Positions 9,226-19,531 are shown, counted from the stretch's first letter. The stretch: DNA of 64,000 bases from Aquificaceae bacterium (GCA_041640635.1 JBEPZX010000002.1:32001-96000); one strand, 5' to 3'. Translations and numbers: made by a program. The notes: a model not told the origin generated them from the letters alone.

Positions 9226-10701
9226 ATGGAACATTTACTAAGCGTAGCCATTTTTCTGCCTTTACTCAGCGCACTGTTTGTTGGGATTGTGCGTAATGAA
9301 AAGTTTACAAAGCTCCTTTCTATAGCTACAGCTTCTGTTGTTTTTATCATTACACTTTACCTATTTTTGAATTTCGATTGGAACATTAAAGATTTTCAGT
9401 TTGTTTCCAAGTATACATGGATTCCACAGTTAGGTATTTCCTATCACATAGGCGTAGATGGTATGGCTCTATCTCTTCTTTTGTTAACATCCTTTATGTT
9501 TTTGGTAGCTTTTATCTGGTCTTTGAAGATAGAAGATAGACCAAACCTCTATTACGCTTTGTTCTTGGGATTGTTTACCGCTTGTATGGGAGTGTTTTCA
9601 GCTCTGGACTTTTTCCTTTTTTACCTATTTTGGGAAGGTATGCTCATTCCCATGTATTTCATAATAGGCTTTTGGGGTCACGATAGAAAAGTTTACGCTG
9701 CCAATAAGTTCTTTGTGTATACCTTCTTTGGTAGTCTGTTCCTTCTTTTGGGAGTTGCTTCTATTATAGTATACGGTTACTTAGTGTCCGGACAAATATC
9801 CTTTGATTATATGTTCCACAAAAATCTGAGTTATCCTTTCTGGCTCCAAACGTTGGCTTTTTTCCTCTTTGGTATAGGTTTTGCTGTGAAGATTCCTATG
9901 TGGCCTGTACATACATGGCTTCCAGATGCGCACGTAGAAGCTCCTACAGCTGGTTCCGTAATATTAGCTGCTGTTCTTTTGAAAATGGGAACATACGGCT
10001 TTGTTAGATATTCTCTACCTTTGTTCCCAGAAGCTAGCAAAGAGTATGTATATATAATCTTTGTGCTTAGCTTAATTGCTATTATATACACAGCTATGAT
10101 GGCAATAGCTCAAACCCACATAAAGCGTCTTATAGCTTACTCTTCCATAAGTCACATGGGATTGGTTACATTGGGAACTTTTGCATCGAATCCTGACGCA
10201 CTAAATGGCGCCATATTTATGATGATAGGACACGGTATATCTTCTGCTGCTCTCTTTATGGCTGCAGGTTTCATATACGACAGGATACATTCCTACCATA
10301 TGGATGATCTTGGAGGGCTTGCGAAATACATCCCTAATTTAGCCATATTTTTCATGATAGCTGGACTCACAAGCATAGGATTTCCTGGTCTTGCAGGATT
10401 TGTTGGAGAGTTTTTGATACTCTTAGGTACCTTTAAGGGCTTCCCTGTATGGGCATTTATAGCAGGTACTGGCATGATACTTAGCGCAGCTTATTTCTTG
10501 TACATGTATAAAAGAGTTATGTTTGAAGAAGAAACCATATCGGATTATAGAAGAGAAAAATGGAAAAAGCTTAAAGATATAGAAAAACACCACTGGGTTT
10601 CTTTTGTTTTGGTTACCATAGCTTCATTGTTACTTGGGCTGTACCCATTTCCTTTTGTGAAGATAATGGAGCAAACAGCTAAGTATGTCCTCGGAGGATA
10701 G
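9226..10701 (+). CDS. nuoM: NADH-quinone oxidoreductase subunit M, paralog 2
   Basis: FWEGMLIP, AVKIPMWPVHTWLPDAHVEAPTAGS, canonical GFVGEF. Confidence 0.95.
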   Translation: MEHLLSVAIFLPLLSALFVGIVRNEKFTKLLSIATASVVFIITLYLFLNFDWNIKDFQFVSKYTWIPQLGISYHIGVDGMALSLLLLTSFMFLVAFIWSLKIEDRPNLYYALFLGLFTACMGVFSALDFFLFYLFWEGMLIPMYFIIGFWGHDRKVYAANKFFVYTFFGSLFLLLGVASIIVYGYLVSGQISFDYMFHKNLSYPFWLQTLAFFLFGIGFAVKIPMWPVHTWLPDAHVEAPTAGSVILAAVLLKMGTYGFVRYSLPLFPEASKEYVYIIFVLSLIAIIYTAMMAIAQTHIKRLIAYSSISHMGLVTLGTFASNPDALNGAIFMMIGHGISSAALFMAAGFIYDRIHSYHMDDLGGLAKYIPNLAIFFMIAGLTSIGFPGLAGFVGEFLILLGTFKGFPVWAFIAGTGMILSAAYFLYMYKRVMFEEETISDYRREKWKKLKDIEKHHWVSFVLVTIASLLLGLYPFPFVKIMEQTAKYVLGG

Positions 10702-10703
10702 AA

Positions 10704-12086
10704 ATGGACTTTACTCTAATTTTGCCAGAAATAATTCTCTTCATAGGTATTTTACTAATTTTCTTTCTTGACCTCTTCTTGGAAGAAAAAAGCTTTAAGT
10801 TTAACGTGTTTATTGGTGGTTTAGTTCCAATTGCAGCCCTTATTTCTTTATTTTTTATCAGTTACCCTTCTACTACTTTGTACAATATGGTGTATGTAGA
10901 CGGACTAAACCTTTTAGGGAAAGGTGTAATCTATATAATTAGTTCCATAGTTATTTTTAGCCTATACGATTACTTTGAGAAAAAAAGGTCTGCTTTTGGT
11001 GAACTCCCTTATTTAGTATTGACTTCTACGCTTGGTCTTTCTTTGCTGTTGTCTTCCAACAATTTGGGTATGATTTTTATGTCTCTTGAACTTTCATCTA
11101 TCACCATCTACATATTGGTTGGTATGCTAAGAAGAGATTATTTGTCAAAAGAAGGTGCCTTTAAATACCTCATTATGGGATCTCTTGCTACAGCTACCTT
11201 TGTTTTAGGGACCGCTTTTTATTATGCTTCTACAGGCACAATGTTTATAAAGGAGTATTTGCAAGGAAACTCTCTTTTTATGCTAAGTATGTTTTTCTTA
11301 CTTTCAGCTCTAGCTTTGAAAATTTCAGCTGTTCCTTTTCATATGTGGACACCTGACGTTTATGAATCTGCTCCTACTCCAATTGTTTCTTATTTAGCTA
11401 CTGTTCCTAAAATAGTCCTTTATTTCCTTCTGGCAAAACTTGTTTTTATTTTCAGCTATACGAAAGCTTGGCTTGTATTAGTTTCCGTAATTGCCCTGGC
11501 TTCTATGTTCTATGCCAATTTTGCAGCTTATGCTCAAACTTCCTTTCAAAGAATATGGGGATACTCTTCCATAGCCCATGCAGGATACTTTTTACTAGCT
11601 CTAACTGTAGCAAAAAAGGACCTAATAAATGCCCTTCTGTTTTATGTAATTGTTTACAGCTTTGCAACCGTTGGGGTTTTTACCGTAATGGCAGCGCTTG
11701 AGAAAAGGGAAGGTTTTACTCACCATCTTTTAGATTACAGAGGTCTATACAAAGACAATCCTGGAATGGCAGTGCTTTTGGCACTGTTCTTATTTGCCTT
11801 TATTGGTATACCACCCATGGCACTCTTTGTAGGAAAACTTGGTATATTGATGGGATTGGTTCAATCTAATCTGATACCTCTAGCTATTGCTTTTGTGATT
11901 GCAAGCATTATATCCGCTGGCTACTATCTAAAAGTAATAGTTTATATGTTTCTTGAAGAGGGTGAAAGAAAGTTTACACCCGCTAAAGCTTCAGCAGGGG
12001 AGAGTATAGCTATTTTGGTAAGTGCATTGGCCGTAATTTTGCTAGGTATTTTCCCAAATATAGTGCTTAGCTTCCTCAAATGGTAA
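10704..12086 (+). CDS. nuoN: NADH-quinone oxidoreductase subunit N, paralog 2
   Basis: EGAFKYLIMG, KISAVPFHMWTPDVYESAPTP, YSSIAHAGY, GIPP...FVGK. Confidence 0.93.
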   Translation: MDFTLILPEIILFIGILLIFFLDLFLEEKSFKFNVFIGGLVPIAALISLFFISYPSTTLYNMVYVDGLNLLGKGVIYIISSIVIFSLYDYFEKKRSAFGELPYLVLTSTLGLSLLLSSNNLGMIFMSLELSSITIYILVGMLRRDYLSKEGAFKYLIMGSLATATFVLGTAFYYASTGTMFIKEYLQGNSLFMLSMFFLLSALALKISAVPFHMWTPDVYESAPTPIVSYLATVPKIVLYFLLAKLVFIFSYTKAWLVLVSVIALASMFYANFAAYAQTSFQRIWGYSSIAHAGYFLLALTVAKKDLINALLFYVIVYSFATVGVFTVMAALEKREGFTHHLLDYRGLYKDNPGMAVLLALFLFAFIGIPPMALFVGKLGILMGLVQSNLIPLAIAFVIASIISAGYYLKVIVYMFLEEGERKFTPAKASAGESIAILVSALAVILLGIFPNIVLSFLKW

Positions 12087-12709
12087 AAGCATTTAGTGTA
12101 GGTCCACTTTCTGTAAATTGTAGTGTAGTAATGGATGAAAGCACGAAGAAAGCCTTTGTTATAGATCCAGGAGCGGATGTAGAGAAGATCCTAAAAGAGC
12201 TCCAAGGTTTTGAACTTATTGGTATACTGGCAACACACGGGCATATAGACCATATAGGAAGGGTAAAAACTCTAAAAGAGATGTTTAATGTCCCCTTTTA
12301 TATGCACAGAAGAGATGTAAATCTGATTAACGACCCCATATGGAGAGGATTTGACTCATACATAGGTGCTGACCTTCCATGTCCAGAGCCTGATGTGTAT
12401 ATAGAAGAAGGTGAACATATTCAAGTAGGTAGCATAATTTTAAGGGTTTTTCACACACCTGGACACACACCTGGTTTATGTTGTTTTTATGAAGAGAAAG
12501 AGAAAGTTATGATAGCTGGCGATTTACTATTTAGAGAAGGTGTAGGAAGGTGGGATCTGCCAGGTGGAAATTTAGAAGAGTTAAAAAACTCACTAAAACG
12601 CATATTTAGTGAGCTTGAGGATGATGTAAAGGTTATAACGGGACATTACAGCTTTACAACTATAGGTCATGAAAGAAGGTTTAATCCGTACGTAAGGGAG
12701 ATTTTATGA
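12080..12709 (+). CDS. MBL-fold metallo-hydrolase (glyoxalase II-like)
   Basis: THGHIDH, HTPGHTPG, GD.LF..GVGRWDLPGG. Confidence 0.9.
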   Translation: MVKAFSVGPLSVNCSVVMDESTKKAFVIDPGADVEKILKELQGFELIGILATHGHIDHIGRVKTLKEMFNVPFYMHRRDVNLINDPIWRGFDSYIGADLPCPEPDVYIEEGEHIQVGSIILRVFHTPGHTPGLCCFYEEKEKVMIAGDLLFREGVGRWDLPGGNLEELKNSLKRIFSELEDDVKVITGHYSFTTIGHERRFNPYVREIL

Positions 12710-13623
12710 AGATAGCCACCATAGATATTGGTTCTTACTCTTGTAGATTAAGTGTAGCAAATATAGAGGATGGAAAAATTGACATCCTTTACGAAGAAGG
12801 GAAAATAACATCTCTTTCTTCCAATGTAAAGGAAACTGGTATTATCAGTACTGAAAGAATGCTCGAAACTTTAAAGGTTTTAGAAGGTTTTTATAAAAAG
12901 GCAAAAGATTTAGGAGCAAAAGAAATTGTAGCTGTTGGCACGGAAGTTTTAAGGAAAGCTAAGAATGCAAGAGACTTTATAGAAATGGTTAAAAGCAAAA
13001 TTGGGGTAGATGTAAGTATACTTTCACCTGAAGAAGAAGGTAGGCTTGCATACTTGTCTGTAGCTTATTCACTAAAGCCAGAGGGTAAAATCTTGGTCAT
13101 AGACCAAGGCGGAGGATCAACAGAGTTTGTCTTTGGAAAAGGTTTACAGATTCAAAAGGTTGTTTCATTCCCTTTTGGAATAGTGAACTTGACGGAAGAA
13201 TTTATAAAGCATGACCCACCTACCAATTATGAACTTGAGTCTTTAAAGAACTTTCTGGATGAGCAAATAAGTAGCATTTTGACAACAGTGGATGTTATTG
13301 TGGGACTAGGTGGGACTGTAACAACCCTTGCAGCCTTGCAATATGGAATATTTCCTTACGATGGTGACAAGGTTCACGGAACTAAACTTTCTATTCAGGA
13401 CATCATGCATTGGCTAGATACTCTAAGCCTTATGAAAGCAAAAGACAGAGTAAAAACCTTTCCCCACATAGAGGAAAAGAGAGCTACTGTGATTGTTCCT
13501 GGAATTCTCATCTTTTACAGAGCTATGCTTTTGTTTGGTAAAAGAGAGATCTTAGTTAGTGATTGGGGACTAAAAGAGGGTATAATAGTTAATCAAGTCT
13601 TGCAAAATTCACAAGACAAGTAG
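12706..13623 (+). CDS. ppx: Ppx/GppA exopolyphosphatase, short form
   Basis: IDIGSYS, EEG, DQGGGSTE, GLKEG. Confidence 0.9.
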   Translation: MKIATIDIGSYSCRLSVANIEDGKIDILYEEGKITSLSSNVKETGIISTERMLETLKVLEGFYKKAKDLGAKEIVAVGTEVLRKAKNARDFIEMVKSKIGVDVSILSPEEEGRLAYLSVAYSLKPEGKILVIDQGGGSTEFVFGKGLQIQKVVSFPFGIVNLTEEFIKHDPPTNYELESLKNFLDEQISSILTTVDVIVGLGGTVTTLAALQYGIFPYDGDKVHGTKLSIQDIMHWLDTLSLMKAKDRVKTFPHIEEKRATVIVPGILIFYRAMLLFGKREILVSDWGLKEGIIVNQVLQNSQDK

Positions 13624-13659
13624 CAAGAATAAAAAATAAGCTGTCCTTAGAGATTTACC

Positions 13660-16455
13660 TTACCTTTTCCTTTTAGCTCTTAATCTTTCTCTTAAGGTTT
13701 TTCTTTGTGGACCTTTAGAGTCAGACTTTCCTTCTACACCACTGTATATAGCGCTCTGAAGCAATTTATCCCTTTCTTCCTTTTCTCTTTCTTCCTCTTG
13801 CAAAATCTCCTCTTGAGATTGAATTTGCACTTTTAGTATGTCGTTTATACTTTTTTCCTTAAATTCTAGCATCATACTTTCAAACAATGTAAAAGCTTCT
13901 TTCTTGTATTCTATAAGTGGATCTCTAGATGCATAACCCCTTAGGTATATTCCTTCTCTGAGTCTATCCAATACATGGAGGTGCTCTCTCCACAAGGTGT
14001 CCAATGTGTTCAACATTATAATTTTTGAGATTTCAACAAATACAATTTCTCCGTACTCCCTCTCCTTTTCGTACAGTATATCCAAAATCTTTTGAGTAGT
14101 TATATTTATTAATTCTTCTTTATCTCTTACGGATGGAAACTGTATTTCTCTTGAGGATATCTCTTTAAGGTAATTGATAAAAGGTTCCATATTCCAAAGT
14201 TCTGGATCCTCTTCGGGCAATAAAAGGTTCACCCTGTGCTCTATGACATCTCTTACAAACTCCTTTATGTAGTCCTTTATACCTTGAGACTTTAGAAGGT
14301 CCATTCTTATACTGTATACCGTCTGACGTTGTAGGTTCATAACGTTGTCATATTCTAGAAGTCTCTTCCTTATTTGGAAGTTTTGAGCTTCTACCCTTTT
14401 TTGAGCATTCTGTATAGATTTGGTAACTATAGAGCTTTCTATTGGTTCATATTCTGGAATTTTCAATATTTCCATTAATTTTTTGACTTTGTCTCCTCCA
14501 AATATGCGCATTAGATCGTCTTCTAGAGAGAGAACAAACCTAGACTCTCCTGGATCTCCTTGTCTTCCTGCTCTACCTCTTAGCTGGTTATCTATTCGTC
14601 TAGATTCGTGTCGTTCTGTACCAATTACTAACAAGCCGCCCAATTCTATCACTTTCTTTTTTTCTTCTTCAGTTACTTTATAAGCCTTTTCAAAAGCCTC
14701 TTTCCATTCCTCCTGCGTAGCTTTTTCTGGATCTATACCTTTGTTTTTTAAAATCTCCTTTGCTAAGTACTCAGGATTACCACCAAGGAGGATATCTGTT
14801 CCACGCCCTGCCATGTTGGTAGATATAGTTACCGCTCCAATTCTCCCAGCTTGAGCTATAATTTCGGCTTCCCTTTCGTGGTGTTTCGCATTTAGGACGT
14901 TACACTTTATACCTTTCTTCCTTAGGAGCTCAGCTAAGTGTTCAGAATCCTCAACGGATACTGTACCTACAAGTATAGGTCTGCCTTTTGCATGTTCTTG
15001 CTGTATAATCTCGATAACCTTGTTCCACTTACCTTTTTTGGTTTTAAAGACGATATCAGGAAGGTCCTTTCTTCTTACAGGCTTGTGAGTAGGTATGACT
15101 ACAACCTCTAAACCGTATATCTCCTTAAACTCTAAGGCTTCGGTTTCTGCTGTTCCCGTCATACCCGCAAGTTTGTTGTAAAGTCTGAAGTAATTCTGAA
15201 AGGTTATGCTTGCTAGCGTTTGGGTTTCTTGCTGAGGAGTAACTCCTTCTTTTACTTCTATGGCTTGATGTAAGCCATCACTCCATCTCCTACCAGGAAG
15301 AATCCTTCCAGTAAACTCATCAACTATTAAAACTTCATTGTCTCTGACTATGTAGTGAACATCCTTTTTAAACAAATGATGAGCTTTTAGAGCCTGCGTA
15401 ACAGCGTGCAAAAGTTCTATGTTTCTTATGTCGTATAGGTTTTCCACTTTAGCGAGGGTTTCCACCTTCTTTATACCCTGCTCTGTTAGTGTAACTGTTC
15501 TATTTTTTTCATCCAAATTGAAATCATCATCGATTTTTAGTTTTCTCACAATATCATCTGCTAAGTAGTAAACGGAAATGTCCATTTGGGAAGGACCTGA
15601 GATAATTAGGGGAGTGCGGGCTTCGTCTATAAGTATAGAATCTACTTCGTCTACAATTGCGTAATTGTGCCCTTTTACCTGAGAAACTTCATCTAAGGAA
15701 AAAACCATATTGTCTCTTAGATAATCAAAGCCAAACTCGTTGTTGGTTCCATACGTGATGTGACATGAGTAAGCTTCCTTTCTGGTGCAAGGTACCAATT
15801 TGGTAAAGTAAGCTTTTTTTGCTTGTATGTTAACAAGGTTAGAAGGCAAGACTTCGTCTGTATGTCCTTTTGGCCAGACTCTCCAGTCTTCTTCTATTGC
15901 TATATTGAAAAGGTCTTGGTCTAGCCACTCGACTTTGTATGAAGAGTAATCGGAGTTTATCACACCCACATCCAGTCCTAGAAACTTGTATATAGGTCCC
16001 ATCCATTGAGCATCTCTTCTAGCAAGATAATCATTTACTGTTACCAAGTGAGCTCCTTCATCTGTTAAGGCGTTAACATACAGAGCAGACGATGCTACTA
16101 AAGTTTTACCTTCTCCCGTCTTCATCTCTGCGATTTTGCCTTGATGAAGAACCAAACCACCTATGAGCTGAACATCAAAATGTCTTAAACCTAATGTTCT
16201 TTTAGCTGTCTCTCTTACCAGAGCAAAAGCTAAAACAACTTCATCGTTTACTTCACCTTTTATTATGGCTTTTTTCAAATCATCATCTTCTAGCACCTTG
16301 TTTTTCAAATTCAATGAAAGTTCTATCAATTCTTTATTCGAAAGAAGGTCGAGGTCTTTTTCTTTTTGGTTTATTTGATTTACTAGCTTTTTAAGCTTTT
16401 TAACTTCTCTTTCATTTTTAGTACCTATAAGTTTTTTAAAAAGCCAACCTAGCAT
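13660..16455 (-). CDS. secA: Preprotein translocase ATPase SecA
   Basis: MKTGEGKT, DEVDSILIDEARTPLIISG, QLRGRAGRQGDPG; no C-terminal SEC-C Zn motif. Confidence 0.98.
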   Translation of the reverse strand: MLGWLFKKLIGTKNEREVKKLKKLVNQINQKEKDLDLLSNKELIELSLNLKNKVLEDDDLKKAIIKGEVNDEVVLAFALVRETAKRTLGLRHFDVQLIGGLVLHQGKIAEMKTGEGKTLVASSALYVNALTDEGAHLVTVNDYLARRDAQWMGPIYKFLGLDVGVINSDYSSYKVEWLDQDLFNIAIEEDWRVWPKGHTDEVLPSNLVNIQAKKAYFTKLVPCTRKEAYSCHITYGTNNEFGFDYLRDNMVFSLDEVSQVKGHNYAIVDEVDSILIDEARTPLIISGPSQMDISVYYLADDIVRKLKIDDDFNLDEKNRTVTLTEQGIKKVETLAKVENLYDIRNIELLHAVTQALKAHHLFKKDVHYIVRDNEVLIVDEFTGRILPGRRWSDGLHQAIEVKEGVTPQQETQTLASITFQNYFRLYNKLAGMTGTAETEALEFKEIYGLEVVVIPTHKPVRRKDLPDIVFKTKKGKWNKVIEIIQQEHAKGRPILVGTVSVEDSEHLAELLRKKGIKCNVLNAKHHEREAEIIAQAGRIGAVTISTNMAGRGTDILLGGNPEYLAKEILKNKGIDPEKATQEEWKEAFEKAYKVTEEEKKKVIELGGLLVIGTERHESRRIDNQLRGRAGRQGDPGESRFVLSLEDDLMRIFGGDKVKKLMEILKIPEYEPIESSIVTKSIQNAQKRVEAQNFQIRKRLLEYDNVMNLQRQTVYSIRMDLLKSQGIKDYIKEFVRDVIEHRVNLLLPEEDPELWNMEPFINYLKEISSREIQFPSVRDKEELINITTQKILDILYEKEREYGEIVFVEISKIIMLNTLDTLWREHLHVLDRLREGIYLRGYASRDPLIEYKKEAFTLFESMMLEFKEKSINDILKVQIQSQEEILQEEEREKEERDKLLQSAIYSGVEGKSDSKGPQRKTLRERLRAKRKR

Positions 16456-16506
16456 AACTGAAAAATTTTAATCTATTTTCAGGTTGAAAAGTTTAAAATT
16501 TAATTT

Positions 16507-16779
16507 ATGATAGCTGTTAAAATATACATAAGTGGGAAAGTTCAAGGGGTAGGATTTAGGTCTTATACAAAAAAGATAGCTGAAGGTTACGGATTGGTAG
16601 GATATGTAAAAAATTTGCCAGATGGAAGGGTAGAGGTTTTTACACAAGGTAACGAAGACATAGTTTGGAGTTTTATAAAGGATGTTTGGAAAGGTCCTAG
16701 GCTTTCACAGGTAGGATCTATAAGTATTGTTAAGGAGGTACCTGATGACAAAATTTATGATTTTAGGATTGATTACTAG
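16507..16779 (+). CDS. acyP: Acylphosphatase
   Basis: GKVQGVGFR, GYVKNLPDGRVE. Confidence 0.93.
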   Translation: MIAVKIYISGKVQGVGFRSYTKKIAEGYGLVGYVKNLPDGRVEVFTQGNEDIVWSFIKDVWKGPRLSQVGSISIVKEVPDDKIYDFRIDY

Positions 16780-18184
16780 TGCATTATTTACCATCTCTTA
16801 CGCAAGTGAATGTGCATACTATACTGTAAAACAGGGTGATTCTTATGAAAGAATATCCAAGAAGTTTGGAGTTAGCGTAAAAGATTTAATGGAGGCTAAC
16901 AAAGGAAAAAAAGTTCTAAAGGTTGGTGAGCAGATCTGTATTCCTGCTGGTGCAAATGTATCAGGCTCAAAACAAATAGCTAAGGCGGACACAAAGGACT
17001 ATGAGATTTACGTAGTTCAGAAAAGTGGATCTCGTCTAGAACATGTAGCTAAAAGGTTAGGTATTGATGTAAAGACCTTAGAGAACATCAATCCTGAACT
17101 CAAAGGCAAAACGCTAAGTAAGGGTACAAAGGTCAAGTATCCAAAAACAGAGACAGCTGTCCAAGAAAAACCAAGGGAAGAAGTAAAGTATATAACTCAC
17201 AAAGTCAAACGTGGAGAAACATTAGACTCTATAGCTAAAAAGTACGGAGTTAGTGTAGAAGAGATTAAAAAAGCAAACAATATGAAAAATAGCAGAATCG
17301 CAACCGGGAAAACCTTAAAAATACCAGTGCAAATTACAGGTGGAAAGGAAACGGATAGAAAGCAAATAGCTAAGGCGGATACAAAGGACTATGAGGTTTA
17401 CGTAGTTCAGAAAAGTGGATCTCGTCTAGAACATGTAGCTAAAAGGTTAGGTATTGATGTAAAGACCTTAGAGAACATCAATCCTGAACTCAAAGGCAAA
17501 ACGCTAAGTAAGGGTACAAAGGTCAAGTATCCAAAAACAGAGACAGCTGTGCGAGAAAAACCAAGGGAAGAAGTAAAGTATATAACTCACAAAGTCAAAC
17601 GTGGAGAAACATTAGACTCTATAGCTAAAAAGTATGGAGTTAGTGTAGAAGAGATTAAAAAAGCAAACAATATGAAAAATAGCAGAATCGCGACCGGGAA
17701 AACCTTAAAAATACCAACAAAAGAGGTAGTCGTAACCAAGGTGGAAGAGCAAGATACGCCTTCTAAAAGAAGAGAGGAAATAGCCTCACTACCTGTAGAA
17801 AACAACAGGAATACCTCTTTCAGATTGGAGAGAAACAGCTTGTCTATGCCTGTAGAAGGTAAGATTGTTCAATCTCCGAGAGGTGTAGACATAATTACAG
17901 ATTGTGGAAAAGATATAAGAAGCGTGGAAGATGGTAGAGTTATATATAGCGGTAATGATTTAAGCGCTTACGGTAATATGATCATTGTAGAGCACAGCAA
18001 CTTTATATCTCTGTACGCATTTAACTCTGAAAACCTTGTTAAAAGGGGTGACAGAGTAACTAAAGGGCAGGTAATAGCAAAAGTAGGAGGAAAAGTTCCC
18101 CAAGAGCAGTGTATGTTAAGGTTTGAGCTCAGATCGAACGATGGTACACCCCTTGATCCTACTGAATTTTTAGCTACTAAATAG
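16745..18184 (+). CDS. Multi-LysM protein with degenerate M23 domain (NlpD/EnvC-like)
   Basis: Likely start ATG 16745 after AAGGAGG; signal peptide; about five LysM-like domains; C-terminal M23 fold (YGNMIIVEH, V..GQVIA.VG) lacking HxxxD/HxH Zn ligands. Confidence 0.85.
   Translation: MTKFMILGLITSALFTISYASECAYYTVKQGDSYERISKKFGVSVKDLMEANKGKKVLKVGEQICIPAGANVSGSKQIAKADTKDYEIYVVQKSGSRLEHVAKRLGIDVKTLENINPELKGKTLSKGTKVKYPKTETAVQEKPREEVKYITHKVKRGETLDSIAKKYGVSVEEIKKANNMKNSRIATGKTLKIPVQITGGKETDRKQIAKADTKDYEVYVVQKSGSRLEHVAKRLGIDVKTLENINPELKGKTLSKGTKVKYPKTETAVREKPREEVKYITHKVKRGETLDSIAKKYGVSVEEIKKANNMKNSRIATGKTLKIPTKEVVVTKVEEQDTPSKRREEIASLPVENNRNTSFRLERNSLSMPVEGKIVQSPRGVDIITDCGKDIRSVEDGRVIYSGNDLSAYGNMIIVEHSNFISLYAFNSENLVKRGDRVTKGQVIAKVGGKVPQEQCMLRFELRSNDGTPLDPTEFLATK
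16973..17716 (+). repeat. Near-identical intragenic tandem duplication (~354 bp, period 390 bp)
   Basis: 16973-17326 matches 17363-17716 with about six substitutions seen by eye. Confidence 0.95.
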
Positions 18185-18781
18185 CCTGTCTCCTATGTCT
18201 CCTACACCTGGAACTATGTATCCTTTTTGGTTTAGAGCTTTGTCTACACATATTACACTGACGGTGACGTAAGAATTTTCCCACTTTTTAATACCTTCTG
18301 GAGAAGCTACAATATGCAAGGAATATATTTTTCTTGGTTTTCCCTTTTCTATTTCTCGTACAGCCAAATCAAGCGTTCCGCCTGTAGCTAGCATAGGATC
18401 AAGAATAATAACATCCTTGTTTTCTAGATTTGGGATACGTGAATAGTACATCTTTGACTCGAGCGTAGATTCATTCCTTTTTATTGCTACAAAACCTACA
18501 TTTGCGTTTGGAAATACCCTAAGTGCACCATTTAGCATAGGCAAACCAGCTCTGAGTATGGGAACTAAAATAAACTCTTTTTCATCTACAAACTCAAAAG
18601 TATCCAAGCTTACAGGTGTTTCTATTTGCCTTTTGTACAAAGGAATACTATCAATGAGAAGAGGAATAGATAAACATGTTAATTCCTCTAAAATTTGTCT
18701 CAACATATAGGAGGGTGTAGATTTATCCCTCAAAAGGTTTACCTTACCCCTAAGAATAGGATTATCAAGAATCTTTATCAT
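18170..18781 (-). CDS. upp: Uracil phosphoribosyltransferase
   Basis: VPILRAGL, DPMLATGGT, YIVPGVGDIGDR. Confidence 0.95.
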   Translation of the reverse strand: MIKILDNPILRGKVNLLRDKSTPSYMLRQILEELTCLSIPLLIDSIPLYKRQIETPVSLDTFEFVDEKEFILVPILRAGLPMLNGALRVFPNANVGFVAIKRNESTLESKMYYSRIPNLENKDVIILDPMLATGGTLDLAVREIEKGKPRKIYSLHIVASPEGIKKWENSYVTVSVICVDKALNQKGYIVPGVGDIGDRLFSS

Positions 18782-19136
18782 CCTGAATCTCCATTACTCT
18801 GATTATAGTTTCCTGGTGATTTTTCTTTATTATCTTTAAGGTCCTAACTTCGTAAATTTGATTGTCATTTTCAAATATTCCTCCTTTTTCTAACACATCC
18901 CAAAGACTTTTTAGCATATTATCTATATCTCTTTTCCTGTGATTAGGAAGAATCAATATCACTTCCATTGAGATTTTCCCTGATAATGGTTTCCCCTGGT
19001 ACTGCTCTTTTATTTCCCAAAGGGCTCTAGCTTCCCAATTTTTTACACGCGGAGGCTTAAAAACCTTTCCTCCTTTCCTTCTTATATACCTATTACTTTT
19101 TGGAACAGGAAGCTGAGAGAGTCTTAACTCTATCAT
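18765..19136 (-). CDS. rusA: RusA-family Holliday junction resolvase
   Basis: PKSN, RDIDNMLKSLWDVL, ENDNQI; likely start MIELRL at 19136. Confidence 0.85.
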   Translation of the reverse strand: MIELRLSQLPVPKSNRYIRRKGGKVFKPPRVKNWEARALWEIKEQYQGKPLSGKISMEVILILPNHRKRDIDNMLKSLWDVLEKGGIFENDNQIYEVRTLKIIKKNHQETIIRVMEIQDDKDS

Positions 19137-19531
19137 TCTTTTTTTATCAGAAGATAACACAGAATTAAGATTAAAAGTAAGTGTAAAAGGTTAAGAGCCA
19201 TAGACAGTCCATGAATTTTGAGAAAAAGAGAGTAGTTTGTGCCTTTTAAGCTATGAGCGTATGGGTTTAGGAAAAATAATTGCATGCCAACTATTAACGC
19301 TGCAATTATGGCTAACATAAAGTATGCTTTGCTTACTTTTGTCCCAACTACAGCTGAAATGATAGATACTACAAAACCAATAGCAAAGTAAACAGGAAAT
19401 ATCCTTTCCACCACTTTACCTGCTTGGACAGTTTCCAAAACCTTAAAAAGTGTAGGAGCTACAAAAAAGCTAAAGAAAGACCCTAGCCCTAAGTAAAAAG
19501 CATCTAGAAAAAGCAGAACTTTTATCATCAT
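19133..19531 (-). CDS. DUF4149-like membrane protein
   Basis: FVAPTLF..L....AG.....IFP.YF and F.KIHG.S pattern; 4 TM. Confidence 0.7.
   Translation of the reverse strand: MMIKVLLFLDAFYLGLGSFFSFFVAPTLFKVLETVQAGKVVERIFPVYFAIGFVVSIISAVVGTKVSKAYFMLAIIAALIVGMQLFFLNPYAHSLKGTNYSLFLKIHGLSMALNLLHLLLILILCYLLIKKE

Noticed and set aside
1..12086. A single '2M' complex I with an extra NuoM
   Set aside because: NuoN is duplicated too and the order is M-N then A...L-M-N, which fits two clusters; NuoL is of ordinary length.
16973..17716. Repeat as a CRISPR array or mobile element
   Set aside because: Only two in-frame copies encoding LysM domains; no spacers, terminal repeats or cas genes.
18765..19160. 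rusA as a prophage marker
   Set aside because: It is embedded in the dapA-upp operon with overlapping genes and has no phage genes or integrase nearby; Aquifex is known to carry chromosomal RusA.
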